From Pecten maximus (lineage: Eukaryota): DNA of 64,000 nt. Of this stretch, positions 60,170 to 64,000 are shown piece after piece. The notes below the pieces were generated by a model, which ran no database searches, was not told where the DNA came from, and saw nothing but the letters and a program-made list of their open reading frames with translations. Within the stretch, counting starts at the first letter, position 1. Each line of letters begins with the position of its first letter. The stretch lies in assembly GCF_902652985.1 (NCBI RefSeq), contig NC_047022.1:29450001-29514000 (forward strand), written 5' to 3'. The translations under genes and the position numbers were made by a program.

Positions 60170-63100
60170 CTGTATTAATGACGCCAATTATTCTTTTGTG
60201 TACCTAAATGTCCAAAGTTTGAAACAAAAACTTGATATTCTTTTCAATGAACTGTACATAATATAACTATCCTGCCCTTTACCGAAACGTGGCTTAGTCC
60301 TGACGAGATAACTTCTGATTTAGACTTTCCTGGTTTTGCATCTCCTTTTTGTTACTGCAGACCCAATAGGCAAGGAGGAGGAGTGTCAGTATATGTAAGC
60401 AATGAAATTTCCTCTAAACGTCGACCCGACCTAGAGTTAACCTCAGTCGAGTGTGTATGGTTGCAGCTAAATATTTCTGGAAGGTCCATTTTATATGGGA
60501 CTTTCTATAGGCCCCCGATGCACCAGTTTCTTCCTGGGATCACATTGCCCATGCTATAGATCTCGCTTTCAGTACCGCAATCACTAATATAATTGTAACT
60601 GGTGACTTCAATGCAAATTTACTAAGTGATACTAACCACTGTCTACACCTACGTAATTTACTGTCTACTTTAAATCTTACCCAAAGCGTTGTCAGTCCTA
60701 CTTTCTTCACTGAATTGTCATCCTCCATGTTAGATATAATTTGCGCAAGTGATCCATTTTTGGTAAACATGTGTCATGTCGGTGAAAATTTCCTCGATCA
60801 GCCTATTAGATATTATTGTCCCGTGTACGGCACTCTAAAATCCAGTTTTAAACGTAAAGTATGGCTATACGAATACGACCTAGGCAACTACGACGAATAT
60901 CGTGACAGACTTTCTAACGTTGATTGGGACAGCACTCTCGACAGAAATGACATAGACATAAGTACTGAGCAATTTACACGTTGTTTACTTACAATTGCAA
61001 ATGAGTGTATACCTAATAAAGATATAATTGTAAGAGCGAATGATGTTGTTTGGATGAATGGTGCAATTAGAAAATAGATTCGTAGACGTAAGTATATACA
61101 CCGCAAAGCCAAACAGTCACAGAATGCTGACGACTGGTCAAATTGTAGGAAAGCTCGTAATATGTGTGTAAATGCCATTCGTAAATATAAACGTGATTAT
61201 TTTAACAAATTATGTACAAATCTTAACCATACTAATACCAGCAGCAAAGAATGGTGGAAAATTGTTAATCGTTTTATGTCTAACTCAAGCAAAAGAACCC
61301 ATATTCCTCCTATTTCCTATAACGGTAACTTTATACACGACGACTTAGACAAAGCCAATGCCTTTAACACTTTCTTCAGCTCACATTCTAATATAAACGA
61401 CACTAATGTTGACCCTCCTGATCTACAAAAATCCCACAATCATACTCTTTCTGACATTGTCATATCACGACAAGATGTTCTTGACGTAATACATTCTCTT
61501 GACTGCAAAAAAGCTGTTGGTCCTGACCTCATAAACCCACGACTAATCAAAGAAGCAGCCGAAGTTCTTAGCTATCCACTTCAAACATTATTCAATCACT
61601 CTCTTACTACTTATAAGTTCCCGTCGCAATGGAAGAGGGCGAATGTTACTCCCGTGCACAAAAAAGATGATCCTTCTGTTCTAGGAAATTACCGTCCCAT
61701 CTCTCTTTTGTCTATAATAGGTAAAAGATGGAAAGGTGTATATATAAATATGTTTATAACTATTTAACTGACAAGTCCTTACTCTCATCTTATCAGTCGG
61801 GTTTCAGATCCGGTGATTCCACTATAAATCAACTTGTATATATTTCTAATGAATTATTTTCCGCTATAGATAATGGTAAAGAAATTAGAATGGTCTTCTG
61901 CGATATTAGTAAGGCTTTCGATCGAGTATGGCATCGTGGCCTTCTTTCTAAACTCCAAAACTTTGGCATCACAGGTAAATTATTTGATTGGTTCTCGAGC
62001 TATTTACGTAATCGCTGTCAACATGTTGTCATCAATGGTAAACAATCAAACTTAACTTACATTTCTGCTGGAGTGCCTCAGGGGTCAATTCTAGGTCCAT
62101 TATTATTTCTAATTTTTATAAATGACATCGTCCAAGATATTAATTGTATCATAAAGTTGTTTGCTGACGATACGTCTCTATACGTTATAGTGGATTTGCC
62201 GGATTTGAGCGCTAATCTCTTGAACGATAATCTAAACAAAATTCATGAATGGTCAAAAACATGGCTTGTCGATTTCAATCCTAGTAAGACAGTGTCAATG
62301 ACAGTAAGTAGAAAAAATGACAAACCACTTCATCCCCCTTTGTCTATGAACAACAACCCACTAACTTAACTTGCCACACCTTGGTGTCTTTATCTCGTCT
62401 AATGGAGGGTGGACTGATTATGTTCAATATATAATAAACAAAGCTTAAAAAAAATAGACATTTTAAGAAAATTGAAATTTTCCATTGACAGAAAAACGCT
62501 TCAAACTATTTACTTTACTTTTATTCGACCTTTGTAAGAATATGGGGACGTGGTATGGGACAATATTACGACAGGCCAAAGCCATCTGTTAGAAAATATT
62601 CAACTCGAAGCAGCCAGGATTGTAACTGGGGCTACTGAATTGACTAGTCATGAGAGATTGTATTTAGAAACTGGTTGGGACCCTCTTATTGAAAGAAGAC
62701 GAAAACATAAAATAACTCGACTTCACAAGATTGTTCATGGTCAGTGTCCCTCCTATTTAACTAACATACTCCCCGCTCGTCATTCTGACATTCACTCTCA
62801 CGATGCTAGAAACGCAAATAAATTCTGTCAAATAAGATGTCGTACTAAACTCTATAAAGACTCTTTTTTACTTTCCTCTGTTGACTTATGCAACGCTCTT
62901 CCGGACGACGTATAAGCATAACCCATCACTTACTAACCTTAAGAAGTCTGTGTGTGTCAACTATAATCACAGTAATCGTGTTCCGTCCTATTACTATTAC
63001 TGCAAAAGTAGATTTGGCCAAATTCACCACGCTCGGCTGAGGATGAACTGTAGTTCCCTTAATAGCCACTTATTTTTACGTAACTTAGCTGAAAGTCCCA

Positions 63101-63510
63101 TGTGTTCTGGTAACCATTCTGATGAAACTACTGAACACTTTCTCCTCTTTTGTCCTAACTTCGAACAATTAACACTACAATGTTTTACTAATCTTCCACC
63201 TGGGAATAATTTAAATCTGCTGCTGTATGGAAATCCTGATATGCCAGATCAATATAACTTAAATATTTTTTACTCTGTCCATCAATTTATCTGTAAGTCG
63301 AAAAGATTTTAGGGCAAGATTTATTTACTTTATTTTATTATTATGTAATTATTGCGTTTGTTTAAACAATGTACATTAACTTTGAAACCTATGTTGTTCG
63401 ACAACACTTGTGACATTTAGACTTAATGAGTCTTGTTGATACTGAAACTAATATAGACTTCAACACTCTTGCATTTTACAGGATATCAGTGTAGTAGGAG
63501 AGGATTTCAG
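60170..63510 (+). mobile_element. near-complete ORF2 of a CR1-group (CR1-Zenon-like) LINE, inactivated
   Basis: APE motifs YLNVQSL, TETWL, GGGVSVYV, YGTFYRPP, VTGDFN; RT motifs NYRPISLLS, QSGFR, DISKAFDRVWH, GVPQGSILGPLLF, LFADDT; C-terminal RLRMNCSSLN...ETTEHFLLFCP; multiple stops and frameshifts. Confidence 0.93.
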
Positions 63511-64000
63511 GGACTCATTTAAACTAGGCATCGTAAAAACAACGTATTATATGTATCATGTTACCAGTCAGCTCGACGAGCGAGGGGATTGTGACGTCGC
63601 CAGGTCATGTCTGGTTGACCCTGTTATTGTCGCAGATCCAGTTCCAGCTGATTATAAATAGATTTGCACGAGCATGCCTGGGGCGTAATCTCGGGTATAT
63701 ACTCGGTTGTCTGGCTCGCTCAGTGGGCAGTCGAACGGATTTGTTTCCGGAGGTGTGCCACATTCCAACAGGCATTCGCTTAGCTGGGTAGAGTAGACGT
63801 GCGCTATAGTAGCGGGGTACGTAAGCTCAGGCATAATAGGACTAAGACCACAATTAAGTACTTCCGGGTTCAGGCCCCACGAATGAAGTCCCCTCAAAAA
63901 TGTATGTATTTCAGGAAAACCAATTAAATGCCTCTTTGAACTTGATTTCTGTTGATGAATTTAATGTGGATTTATAGCAGAGATGTCAATCTATGTTTTG

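Noticed and set aside
60170-63312. Reverse transcriptase near a variable repeat gene, suggesting a DGR or retron
   Set aside because: RT is an APE-linked non-LTR retrotransposon ORF2 with stops and frameshifts; no template/variable repeat pair with adenine-specific differences among the ankyrin exons.

Overview
AT-rich, intron-rich animal genomic DNA. The repeat families (HINE/Helentron-type tandem-core elements, V-type SINE, CR1-group LINEs) point to a lophotrochozoan, most likely a bivalve; this is inference. Two protein genes can be built by hand from GT-AG exons on the minus strand. (1) The 5' part of TRMT2A (exons at 2510-2875, 2101-2189, 1507-1646, 1-51), running off the left edge. (2) An apparently intact 20-coding-exon, 1188-aa kinase-less ROCO gene (45594 to 19455) with architecture 9x ankyrin - Roc GTPase - COR - two divergent death-fold domains. 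Its standout property is that every ankyrin repeat is a separate, exactly 84-nt, phase-0 exon encoding a shortened 28-aa repeat with no beta-hairpin, and flanking intron sequence shows the array grew by duplicating exon-plus-intron units. It looks like a modular, re-shufflable sensor array on a probable immune or cell-death signalling GTPase. A weak plus-strand exon chain (6163-10855) resembles a decayed integrin beta. The rest is transposons (IS3EU-like foldback, P-like, MULE-like, pogo/Tc1-like and Harbinger non-autonomous elements, several HINEs, CR1-group LINE fossils, a SINE) and minisatellites, two of which arose inside LINE RT sequence. All coordinates and translations were read by eye; no searches were run.
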